A stretch of 64,000 nt of DNA, taken from the NCBI GenBank assembly GCA_028282585.1, contig JANQHR010000047.1:64001-128000 (forward strand). The letters run 5' to 3'. Source of the DNA: Bacteroidales bacterium. Lineage in GTDB: Bacteria; Bacteroidota; Bacteroidia; Bacteroidales; UBA12077. This document shows positions 1 to 9,000 of this stretch, in pieces; within the stretch, counting starts at the first letter, position 1, and every line of letters starts with the position of its first letter. Below the pieces are notes generated by a model. That model had not been told where the DNA came from. It was given only the letters and a program-made list of their open reading frames with translations, and searched no databases. Made by a program: the position numbers and the translations under genes.

Positions 1-138
1 GTGATTGTAATTACGGCAAGTGCGGATACGGATTATAAGGTCAGATCCCTAGAATTAGGAGCAAAAGACTTTATTAATAAGCCAATTCAGTTTGATGAGT
101 TATTGGAAAAAATAAGAAAAACGGTAGAATTAGTATAA
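1..138 (+). CDS. Response regulator receiver domain, C-terminal part (gene starts before the window)
   Basis: Frame 1 reads VIVITASADTDYKVRSLELGAKDFINKPIQFDELLEKIRKTVELV*, matching the receiver VIVIT...GA.DFI.KP motifs. Confidence 0.85.
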   Translation: MIVITASADTDYKVRSLELGAKDFINKPIQFDELLEKIRKTVELV

Positions 139-146
139 AAAATTAT

Positions 147-788
147 ATGAGGAACTGCTACCCACAACATAGAATACAACGTTATACAATTATTATTCTA
201 TTACTATGCTTGCAAATTAGTGTTTCTAAAGCTCAAGAAAGTTTTATTCCATTGGTTGTGGGTAGTTCAATTAACCAATCAATTAATAACGAAATAGATG
301 GTGGTGTTTTAACAATTGGGTTAAATATTGTTAAGGCTAGAAGAACATACGAGTTGGCTGCTATTATTGATGAAGAAGAAGGTATTAATGGAGCTGAGTT
401 TATGCATAAGATATTCTTAAATAAGAAAGACCAATCGGACGATTACAATATTGGAAATTATTCGTTACGCCCATTTCTTGTGTATAACCTGGTATATCTA
501 AGAGAATTAAGCAATACGCAGAAAAATAATAATTTAATTATAACTGAAAGTGATTTTTATTATGTTGGAGATCTCGAAGAACCTGAAAAAGTGATTTTAA
601 TTCAACACTTTGTTGGTATGGGTTTAGAACAAGATATTTTTCAGCATTTGTTTATCAATGCCAGTGCATTTACGGGTATTCGATTAGGTAAGAACAACAA
701 CAACAACAAAATAGACCCAGCCAAAGATCAAATACAAGAGAACGCCTACTCTTGGAATGTAAAGTTTGGATTTGGCTATAGATTTTAG
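147..788 (+). CDS. Hypothetical exported protein, probable outer-membrane beta-barrel
   Basis: Signal peptide (..VSKA/QE) and C-terminal beta-signal VKFGFGYRF. Confidence 0.6.
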   Translation: MRNCYPQHRIQRYTIIILLLCLQISVSKAQESFIPLVVGSSINQSINNEIDGGVLTIGLNIVKARRTYELAAIIDEEEGINGAEFMHKIFLNKKDQSDDYNIGNYSLRPFLVYNLVYLRELSNTQKNNNLIITESDFYYVGDLEEPEKVILIQHFVGMGLEQDIFQHLFINASAFTGIRLGKNNNNNKIDPAKDQIQENAYSWNVKFGFGYRF

Positions 789-860
789 TTTCTAAGTAAC
801 GTTTTCTTTTACGCTAGATAGGCGGTTTGATTGTTAGCACGTTTGTGGTGAAAGCCACTA

Positions 861-890
861 AAAGCCCGGAGTGGTGTCCGGGCTTTCTTC
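861..890 (+). terminator. Intrinsic terminator
   Basis: AAAGCCCGGA-gtggtg-TCCGGGCTTT followed by a T/C tract. Confidence 0.8.
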
Positions 891-918
891 TTCTTAATTT
901 AATCTTATAACATTTTTT

Positions 919-1048
919 GAATAACGAATATAGAACACTGAATGATGAATTTTGAATTTCTTGTTAAATTTATTTTTATTCTTAAATCTTGCAGGTTTTA
1001 TACCCTCCTATTCTTAAATCGAAATTCGTTAATCCATATTCATTATTC
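919..1048. repeat. Inverted pair of degenerate 7-nt (GAATNNN) tandem arrays
   Basis: Six GAA(T)-heptads on + at 919-960 and six on - at 1007-1048. Confidence 0.7.
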
Positions 1049-1056
1049 TTTTTTCA

Positions 1057-2958
1057 TTAAAACTTAGTTACTTCTTCGAGGTTTTTAGTATTAATAATCT
1101 CTTTTGCATCAGGTGTAAATAGGTACTCAAGCTTATCTTTGTGATATTCAACTATTTTACCTCGTACCATTTTTAACGTCGTATTTATGAGTTTATTTTC
1201 TTCAGAAAATGGCTCAGCGATAATAGCTATGGCTGATGGTAACCAGCGCTCGGGGAACTGCCCTTCAAATTTACCTCCTTTTTTAAATTCATCTATTTCT
1301 TCCTGAAGTTTTTGCAATACGAGTTTTTGCCCTTCGGTTGTATTAATGCCCAGATTATTTTCCTTAACAGCCTTTTTTAAAGCTTCCTTCTTTGGAACAA
1401 TTAATCCAACCGTATAAGCACTTTGATCGTTGAACAACATAACTTGGTCAATGTATTTTGTTTGTTCCACTAAAGCTTCTTCTATTGATTCAGGGCTATA
1501 TTTTTCACCGTCATTTCCAATTAATAAACTTTTGAACCTACCTAATACGTAAAGGAAACCGTCTTTATCCATATACCCTAGATCGCCTGTGTGTAGCCAA
1601 CCATCTTTTAATGTTTCGTTAGTGGCTTTTTCATTTTTCCAGTAACCAACCATAATATTTTCACCACGACAAACAATTTCTCCCTTCTGTCCAACCGGAA
1701 GTTCATTTCCATCATCATCACAAATCTTTAAGTCGAGATTTGTCACCAGATAACCGGACGAACCTAGCTTATGCTTCTTCATAGAATTGGATGATATAAT
1801 CGGAGCTGATTCTGATAATCCATACCCCTGGAACATTGGCATTCCAATAGCATAATAGAATTTTTGTAGTTCTATATCAAGTAGAGCTCCCCCTCCAATA
1901 AAAAACTTTAATTCTCCTCCAAAACCTTCTCTTATTTTGCTGAATAAGATTTTATCAAATAAGTTTACTAAGGGTTTTTTCCAAAAATGTAAAAATCCAC
2001 CTTTATTGAATCCCTCTTTATTATAACTATAAGAAATCCTTAACGCGAAATTGAATAACTTTTCTGCTGTTGTTCCTTTATCTGTAATACCCTTTTCTAT
2101 GTTTTTCTTGAAATTTTTAGCTAAAGCAGGAACACTTAGAATTATATTCGGTTTAGTTTCCTTAATATTAACTGGAATATTTTTTAAAGTTTCCATAACG
2201 GTTTTTCCAGACTGAACAAAGGCTAAGCTCGCACCATAAGCCATAAAGCTGTAAATCCCGGCAGTGTGAGCAAAAGAATGATCTAATGGAAGAATGGTTA
2301 AAGTTTTATAGTGTTCCGGAATTTCCATAAGACTGCATGCTTGCTCAACATTCGCCGTGTAATTTCTATGAGTAAGCATAATCCCTTTTGGATCGGCTGT
2401 TGTCCCCGATGTGTAACTAATATTAGCTAAATCACCAGGTTTAACATTAACTATTATTTTATCAAATTCTTCCGGGTTGGATTTTAAAAATTCTTCACCT
2501 TGTTTAAATATATTTTCAATAAAAGTTTCATCATTATCATAATTATCCTGAGGATCAAGGTAAATAACTTTCTCAAGTTCAGGTAAGTCATTTTTAATTT
2601 GTTTTACCTTTTGTGCCTGAGCATTTGAAACAAATATCATTTTAGTTCCCGAATGTTCTAATCTGAACTTAAGGTCAGTTCCAGCATCCAATTTCACGGA
2701 TAAAGGAACATTGATAGCACCTGTATACAGAATTGCTAATTCACTCATTACCCAATAATTTCTTCCTTCGGATAGCAAAGCAATACGATCTTCTTTTTTT
2801 ATGTTTAAGGTAATTAATCCGGCAGCTAATATTTTTGTTTTCTCTAAAACTGCTTGATAAGTAAGTGATTCATATTTATTGGTTTTCTTCTCCCATAAAA
2901 AAGGATTCGATGAATATTTGTTTACACTATTTTCAAAAAGATCAATAATCGTTGTCAT
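1057..2958 (-). CDS. fadD: Long-chain fatty acid-CoA ligase (AMP-binding family)
   Basis: YTSGTTADPKG P-loop, GYGLSE and GWLHTGDLG motifs. Confidence 0.9.
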   Translation of the reverse strand: MTTIIDLFENSVNKYSSNPFLWEKKTNKYESLTYQAVLEKTKILAAGLITLNIKKEDRIALLSEGRNYWVMSELAILYTGAINVPLSVKLDAGTDLKFRLEHSGTKMIFVSNAQAQKVKQIKNDLPELEKVIYLDPQDNYDNDETFIENIFKQGEEFLKSNPEEFDKIIVNVKPGDLANISYTSGTTADPKGIMLTHRNYTANVEQACSLMEIPEHYKTLTILPLDHSFAHTAGIYSFMAYGASLAFVQSGKTVMETLKNIPVNIKETKPNIILSVPALAKNFKKNIEKGITDKGTTAEKLFNFALRISYSYNKEGFNKGGFLHFWKKPLVNLFDKILFSKIREGFGGELKFFIGGGALLDIELQKFYYAIGMPMFQGYGLSESAPIISSNSMKKHKLGSSGYLVTNLDLKICDDDGNELPVGQKGEIVCRGENIMVGYWKNEKATNETLKDGWLHTGDLGYMDKDGFLYVLGRFKSLLIGNDGEKYSPESIEEALVEQTKYIDQVMLFNDQSAYTVGLIVPKKEALKKAVKENNLGINTTEGQKLVLQKLQEEIDEFKKGGKFEGQFPERWLPSAIAIIAEPFSEENKLINTTLKMVRGKIVEYHKDKLEYLFTPDAKEIINTKNLEEVTKF

Positions 2959-3216
2959 ATTTGGTTTATTTAGATTTTGATTTCACAATTTAAAAAAAAT
3001 ACTCAACATGTAAAGTTTTATATTGTAGTAATAACGGGAGCTAAGAGCTATATGTAAATAAATCAGTATTTTAGGTGGTTCCAATTTAATAATTATAGTT
3101 TGTAGTTTTCATAAATATTTTAAATACAGAAATTTATGTTGTATTATTTGAATCTGACGGGTATTTTTATATATCTTTGTATTATAAAACTCAAAATCAA
3201 CGTAATCCTAATTATA

Positions 3217-3669
3217 ATGAGAAAGATTGTAATAGCGCTAAGTTTATTAGTAATTTTCAGTTCAGGCTGTAATATAATTGGCAAGAAAAAAAGAGAAGAA
3301 CAGCAAAGAATTGAAGCTCAAAGAAAAAAAGATAGTTTAGCAACTGTTCAGAAAAAAGCGGAAGAAGAAAAGCTTAAGAAACAAAAAGAAGAGCAGGCGA
3401 AAAAAGAAGCAGCAAGAAGAGCTGAAGAAGAGAGACGTAAATTATATAAGTTTCATGTAATTGTAGGAAGTTTTAAAACTCCGCAATATGCTACAGCTTA
3501 TAACGAGTTAATGGGTAAAAAAGGATACCAAACAGAGATTATAACTAATAATTATAATTTCCGGATGGTGAGTATAGGAGCATACAAATCATGGAGAGAA
3601 GCAGTTACGGAATTGGGTAAAGCCAGAGATGCCGTTGAACCAACATCATGGATTTATATAAGACAATAA
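3217..3669 (+). CDS. SPOR-domain lipoprotein with coiled-coil linker (start likely 3217, not 3136)
   Basis: MRKIVIALSLLVIFSSG-C lipobox, K/E-rich coil, FHVIVGSF SPOR motif; TATCTTTG -7 box at 3172-3179 lies inside the longer ORF. Confidence 0.8.
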   Translation: MRKIVIALSLLVIFSSGCNIIGKKKREEQQRIEAQRKKDSLATVQKKAEEEKLKKQKEEQAKKEAARRAEEERRKLYKFHVIVGSFKTPQYATAYNELMGKKGYQTEIITNNYNFRMVSIGAYKSWREAVTELGKARDAVEPTSWIYIRQ

Positions 3670-3692
3670 CTTACTTTTAAAGAATAATTTAT

Positions 3693-3720
3693 GAGCCGAC
3701 AATATTTGTTGGCTCTTTTT
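3693..3720 (+). terminator. Intrinsic terminator
   Basis: GAGCCGACAA...TTGTTGGCTC followed by a T run. Confidence 0.75.
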
Positions 3721-3835
3721 GTTTATAAATAATTATTAAGCGTTTTAGAACTATAATTAGGTTAAATCGTTTTTTTAAATTATGAATTATTTTATATTCG
3801 CATATATTAAGAAAATATTAACTAACTAAATAATT

Positions 3836-5275
3836 ATGACAGAAATAATAAAGTCTACTTTAAGAGATAATGCAGCCGCTCGTTGGTTTGTATTAATACT
3901 TGTTTCAATAACTATGCTTATTGCATACACTTTTATGGAAGTGCTTTCACCATTACAAACTCTTATTCAAAGCACATATGGTTGGAGCGGAACAGATTGG
4001 GGAGTTGTAACCGGAGCTCAAGGTTATTTAAATGTATTTGCATTTATGTTAATATTTGCAGGTATAGTATTAGATAAAATGGGTATTAAGTTTACTGCAG
4101 TTAGTTCAGGCATAGTTATGATTCTTGGTGCTTTCATTAAGTACTATGCTTTTGCAGGAAACTTTGAAATTGGTTCAACAATAATTGGAATTGATTCAAG
4201 AGTGTTTACATCTGCAGCAGGTTTTGCAATCTTTTGTGTTGGTGCGGAAGGAGCAGGAATAACGGTATCAAGGATAATTGTAAAATGGTTTCAAGGTAAA
4301 GAGATGGCACTGGCAATGGGTTCTGAAATGGCATTAGCTCGTTTAGGATCATTTACAGCTTTGTTTTTTTCTCCGCGTATAGCAGATAGTTTTAATATTC
4401 CAACATCAGTTTTAGTAGGAGCTATTGCTCTATGTATAGGTCTAATTTTGTTCCTTGTGTATTGTGTAATGGATAACAGATTAGATAAACAAATTGAGGA
4501 AGATGCTTCAGATGAAGAACCATTTAAAATTTCAGATATTAAAGTAATTATTACAAGTAAAGGCTTCTGGTATATTGCTATTTTATGCTTGTTATTCTAT
4601 TCTGCGGTTTTCCCTTTCTATAAATTTTCATCAGGATTAATGGTTAATAAATTTGGTGTTGATCCGTCAACAGCTGGAGACATTCCTTCAATTTTACCAT
4701 TTGGTACAATATTACTGACTCCACTTTTTGGTTATATATATGATAAATTAGGAAAAGGTGCTTCAATAATGATATTAGGAGCTATTTTACTAGTAATTGT
4801 TCATTCAATTTTTTATGTTCCATCTCTAACTGCAACTTGGGTTGCAATATTTGCTGTAGTACTTTTAGGTATAGCATTTTCTTTGGTTCCTTCAGCAATG
4901 TGGCCATCTGTTCCAAAAATTATTCCCGAAAAACAATTGGGATCAGCTTATGCCCTAATTTTTTATGTTCAAAATATTGGTTTAATGTTGGTGCCTATTT
5001 TATTAGGGGTTGTGCTAGATAGAACTAACCCAGGTGTTAATGAAAAAATTGAGACTGCTATTGCAACTTTTAGAGAGCAAGGAGTTCCTGCAAATGAAAT
5101 AACCGGAAAAATTCAAACTCTTAGAGAAACCGGAGAAATTCCTATGTTTGATTATTCTTCAACTTGGTTGATTTTTGTTGTGTTAACTATTTTAGCAACA
5201 GTATTTGGATTTTTATTAAAAGCTGAAGATAAACGAAAAGGTTATGGCCTTGAATTGCCAAATATTAAGAAATAG
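3836..5275 (+). CDS. MFS transporter, MFSD1-like, paralog 1
   Basis: About 12 TM segments; GIVLDKMGIK motif A; KWFQGKEMALAMG; LVPSAMWPSV. Confidence 0.9.
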   Translation: MTEIIKSTLRDNAAARWFVLILVSITMLIAYTFMEVLSPLQTLIQSTYGWSGTDWGVVTGAQGYLNVFAFMLIFAGIVLDKMGIKFTAVSSGIVMILGAFIKYYAFAGNFEIGSTIIGIDSRVFTSAAGFAIFCVGAEGAGITVSRIIVKWFQGKEMALAMGSEMALARLGSFTALFFSPRIADSFNIPTSVLVGAIALCIGLILFLVYCVMDNRLDKQIEEDASDEEPFKISDIKVIITSKGFWYIAILCLLFYSAVFPFYKFSSGLMVNKFGVDPSTAGDIPSILPFGTILLTPLFGYIYDKLGKGASIMILGAILLVIVHSIFYVPSLTATWVAIFAVVLLGIAFSLVPSAMWPSVPKIIPEKQLGSAYALIFYVQNIGLMLVPILLGVVLDRTNPGVNEKIETAIATFREQGVPANEITGKIQTLRETGEIPMFDYSSTWLIFVVLTILATVFGFLLKAEDKRKGYGLELPNIKK

Positions 5276-5305
5276 GTTTTATAACATAATTTATATTTAT
5301 ATGTG

Positions 5306-5332
5306 GGCTGCTAATTTTTGGCAGCCTTTTTT
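5306..5332 (+). terminator. Intrinsic terminator
   Basis: GGCTGCT...GGCAGCC followed by T6. Confidence 0.75.
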
Positions 5333-5393
5333 GTACATTTACCAATTATCTACATAGAATTAATTAAACAATTAAGTATAAAAATTAAGTAAA

Positions 5394-6968
5394 ATGACAG
5401 AAGTAATAAAAAAGACAATTAAGGATTCTACTGCTTTACGATGGTTAGTTTTAATTTTAATAAGTTCTTTATTATTTAGCACCTATTGGTTTCAGGATTT
5501 CTATGGAGGTCTAAAAGGATTAATGGAAAGTGAATTAGGCTATTCAAGTGAAGAATTTGGGCGAATTATTGGCTTAACAACAATTGCCAATATGTTTGGT
5601 ATGATTATTATTGGAGGTATGATCCTCGATAAGTGGGGGGTTCGTTTAGCCGGGCTTTTATTTGGAGGTTTAGCGGTTCTTGGAGGAGTTGTTTCTGCAC
5701 TGGCAACAGAAGGTTTTTTTGGTGAAGGGCATTCAACAATGTTAGGTTGGATGATCTTTGGGCGTATCCTATTTGGTTCAGGGCTTGAAGTTGTTTGTGT
5801 GGTTGTTAACCGTACTATAGTAAAGTGGTTTAAAGGCTATGAGCTTGCACTTGCAATGGCTATTAGCATGGGATTTGGGCGTTTAGGAAGTGCAATGGGT
5901 ATTGCCCTTTCTGGAGATATTGCAGGAGGAAATGTTTCAACAGCTGTATCCTTAGCAGCAACGATAATTGGAATCTCTTTATTATTATTCGTGATTTACC
6001 TTTTCTTTGATATGAAACTGGATAAGCAATTAAAATCTGAGAAACAGGGATCAAGCGATGATGAATTTAAGTTCTCTGATTTAATAAAGTTAATTTCTAA
6101 TAAGTCTTTCTTGTTTATCGCTTTATTATGTGTATCATTTTACGCGGCAGTGTTTCCATTTATCCAGTATGCTCCGGATTTATTAATTAATAAATTCAAC
6201 TTTTCAAATAATTTAGTTGCAGAAGGAAATATTATTTTATTTGGCAGTACAACATTAGGGAATGCAAGTGTTTATATAGCATTCTTTATCTTCGCCATTT
6301 TATTTTCCGTTGTTCCTGGAAAAATTGCTAACAAAACAAGTAGGTACACATTCATTGCCTTAGTTTTTGTTGTGTTTGTTGTATATATAGTTGGGATAAA
6401 AACTCAATTGAACATTTGGTTCCAAAATGGGCCAAAAACAGCAAGTTTAATACCTGTTGGAACAATTTTATTTACTCCAATTTTTGGAAACTTCGTTGAT
6501 AAAAAAGGTAAAGCAGCATCCCTTATGATTTTAGGAGCTCTGTTGTTGATATTTGCCCATGTATCATTATCGTTATTTAACAGTGTTTATTTAGCTTATT
6601 TAGGCCTATTTAGTTTGGGTGTAGCTTTTTCATTAGTTCCCGCAGCAATGTGGCCTTCTGTTGCTAAAATTGTTGCTGAATCAAGATTAGGCACTGCTTA
6701 TGCTTCAATGTTTACAGTCCAGAACTGGGGATTAGGGCTATTCTTTTGGGGAATCGGTGCGTTATTAGATTTTGTAAACAGGAATGACCTTGATGCAATT
6801 AGAGCGGGAGAAGCTAATTACAATTATACAATTCCGATTTTTATATTGGTAATTTGCGGTGTTATATCAATATTCCTGGCTTTTCTATTAAAGAAAGCAG
6901 ATAAAGAACAAGGTTACGGGCTTGAATTGCCTTCTGGAGTTGAAGCTCCAAACAAAGAAAATAATTAA
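5394..6968 (+). CDS. MFS transporter, MFSD1-like, paralog 2 with an internal hydrophobic insertion
   Basis: GMILDKWGVR, KWFKGYELALAM and LVPAAMWPSV motifs; extra hydrophobic segment after INKF. Confidence 0.9.
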   Translation: MTEVIKKTIKDSTALRWLVLILISSLLFSTYWFQDFYGGLKGLMESELGYSSEEFGRIIGLTTIANMFGMIIIGGMILDKWGVRLAGLLFGGLAVLGGVVSALATEGFFGEGHSTMLGWMIFGRILFGSGLEVVCVVVNRTIVKWFKGYELALAMAISMGFGRLGSAMGIALSGDIAGGNVSTAVSLAATIIGISLLLFVIYLFFDMKLDKQLKSEKQGSSDDEFKFSDLIKLISNKSFLFIALLCVSFYAAVFPFIQYAPDLLINKFNFSNNLVAEGNIILFGSTTLGNASVYIAFFIFAILFSVVPGKIANKTSRYTFIALVFVVFVVYIVGIKTQLNIWFQNGPKTASLIPVGTILFTPIFGNFVDKKGKAASLMILGALLLIFAHVSLSLFNSVYLAYLGLFSLGVAFSLVPAAMWPSVAKIVAESRLGTAYASMFTVQNWGLGLFFWGIGALLDFVNRNDLDAIRAGEANYNYTIPIFILVICGVISIFLAFLLKKADKEQGYGLELPSGVEAPNKENN

Positions 6969-6991
6969 ATTTATATATAACTTCATGTTTC

Positions 6992-7020
6992 AAAAGCTGC
7001 TTATCAAGGCAGCTTTTTTT
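6992..7020 (+). terminator. Intrinsic terminator
   Basis: AAAAGCTGCT...GGCAGCTTTTTTT. Confidence 0.8.
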
Positions 7021-7066
7021 ATTTTTATTTGTATCATTGTGATTCAAAAAATTAAATATTCTGAAT

Positions 7067-8449
7067 ATGTCTGATTTAAAAACAACTTTAAGAGATAATG
7101 CCTTATTAAGATGGCTTGTCTTATTACTTGGTGGTATAGTTATTTTTACCAATTATTACTTATATGATGCCCTTTCTCCAATAAAATCAATTTTAGAAAA
7201 GGATCTAGGATTTAATAGTCAAGGATATGGTTTATTTGTTTCGTTTTATTCGTTTCCGAACACCTTCCTTGCAATGGCTGTAATAGGAGGGATTATTTTG
7301 GATAAGCTTGGAATTAGAAAAACAGGTTTGTTATTTGTTAGTTTAATGGCAATTGGAGGATTGATAACGGCTTATGGAGCAAGCGAAATATATAAAAATG
7401 GCGGACCATTTTACAATTGGATGAATTCTTTTTGGACAAATTATTCACCCGAGTTAAAAATGATGAGTGTAGGTCGTTTCTTTTATGGCCTTGGCGCAGA
7501 AACAAGTATTGTTGTAATCAGTAAAATCTTAGTTAAATGGTTTAAAGGACGAAACCTGGCCTTAGCATTTGGATTAAAGATTGGTTTTGGTCGTTTAGGA
7601 ACTATGGCTGCTTTAAATTTATCTCCTTTATTGGCTATTGGTGAAGAAAAAGTAGGTTTTGCTGTTTGGTTCGCAGCAATTCTGGTAGGCATAGGATTAC
7701 TGGTTTTCTTCATTTATAGCGTCATGGATTTAACTTTAGACAAGCAAATAGAAAAATCAACAGAACTAACAAAACCAGATAAATTTGAGTTTAAAGACAT
7801 TATAGATTTACTTACAAATAAAACGTTTATTTATATTGCTATTTTATGTGTAACATTTTATTCTGCAGTATTTCCGTTTTTATCATTTGCAGCGGATTTT
7901 ATTCACAACAAATTTGGCGTATCGTTAGCATTAAGTGGACGAATTTCTTCCTTGGTGCCTTTAAGTACTGCAATTGTTACACCTTTGTTTGGATTTTTTA
8001 TCGACAGAAAAGGGAAAAGTGCTTCTGTAATGATTTTCGGATCAGTAATACTTTTATTAGTTCATTTAACTTTCGGATTAACCAATGCTTCACCTTATTT
8101 GCCTATGATCTTACTGGGCATTGCCTTTAGTTTAGTGCCAGCTTCGATGTGGCCAACAGTTGTTAAATTGGTTGACGAATCAAAAATCGGAACAGCATAT
8201 GGTTTGATGTATTCTATTCAAAATTTGGGATTATGGGCATTTCCAATAATTGCAGGGAATATATTAGATAAAACAAACCCAGGAGTTTCAGATGCGATAA
8301 AAGCGGGTGAAAATGTTTCATATGATTATACACAAACTATGTTAATGTTTGCTTTATTGGGACTTGTCGGAGTAATATTCGCTTTTCTTTTAAAACATAT
8401 CGATAAGAAAGAGGGGCTGGGGATTGAACTCCCATTAAATAAAAAGTAA
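7067..8449 (+). CDS. MFS transporter, MFSD1-like, paralog 3
   Basis: GIILDKLGIR, KWFKGRNLALAFG and LVPASMWPTV motifs. Confidence 0.9.
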   Translation: MSDLKTTLRDNALLRWLVLLLGGIVIFTNYYLYDALSPIKSILEKDLGFNSQGYGLFVSFYSFPNTFLAMAVIGGIILDKLGIRKTGLLFVSLMAIGGLITAYGASEIYKNGGPFYNWMNSFWTNYSPELKMMSVGRFFYGLGAETSIVVISKILVKWFKGRNLALAFGLKIGFGRLGTMAALNLSPLLAIGEEKVGFAVWFAAILVGIGLLVFFIYSVMDLTLDKQIEKSTELTKPDKFEFKDIIDLLTNKTFIYIAILCVTFYSAVFPFLSFAADFIHNKFGVSLALSGRISSLVPLSTAIVTPLFGFFIDRKGKSASVMIFGSVILLLVHLTFGLTNASPYLPMILLGIAFSLVPASMWPTVVKLVDESKIGTAYGLMYSIQNLGLWAFPIIAGNILDKTNPGVSDAIKAGENVSYDYTQTMLMFALLGLVGVIFAFLLKHIDKKEGLGIELPLNKK

Positions 8450-8535
8450 AGATTATGATAGGTTAACCTTTTGATCGGTGCTTTTTAAATGTATAATTCT
8501 TAAACTGTATAACTAACCAAACATTAAATGTAAAA

Positions 8536-8943
8536 ATGAGCTTTATTACCTGGAAAGATAGTTTTTCTGTTGGTGTTCATTCGATAAACGATCAACATAA
8601 GAAATTAGTTGAAATGATCAATAATTTCTACACAGAGTTTTATAATGGAATAACTGATGAGTTCCTTAAAGTATTAATTGGTGACTTGGAGAAATATGCA
8701 GTTTACCACTTTTCTTACGAAGAAAAGTTTATGAAAATTTATAATTACGATGATTTAAAAGTGCATGAGGCTGAACATCAAAAGTTCGTCGAAGAAATCA
8801 AAAATTATAAAGAAATTGTATCTGTTAAAAACAAGACAGCTGTAATAGATTTGGCAACTTATCTTAAAAATTGGTTGTTTAAACACATTATGGGAACAGA
8901 CAAGAAATATTCGAAGTTGTTTCAGGAAAAAGGAATGAACTAG
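8536..8943 (+). CDS. Bacteriohemerythrin
   Basis: W..SFSVGV..INDQHKKL, HFSYEE, H...H and WLFKHIMGTD di-iron ligand motifs. Confidence 0.92.
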   Translation: MSFITWKDSFSVGVHSINDQHKKLVEMINNFYTEFYNGITDEFLKVLIGDLEKYAVYHFSYEEKFMKIYNYDDLKVHEAEHQKFVEEIKNYKEIVSVKNKTAVIDLATYLKNWLFKHIMGTDKKYSKLFQEKGMN

Positions 8944-8955
8944 TAATGAAAAAGT

Positions 8956-8983
8956 AAAGGCTCGAGTTATTCGAGCCTTTTTT
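8956..8983. terminator. Bidirectional terminator
   Basis: AAAGGCTCGA-gttat-TCGAGCCTTT between convergent genes. Confidence 0.8.
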
Positions 8984-9000
8984 ATCTTATTTGGTTTTTT

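Noticed and set aside
919-1048. CRISPR array
   Set aside because: The units are 7-nt degenerate repeats with no spacers, and no cas genes are present
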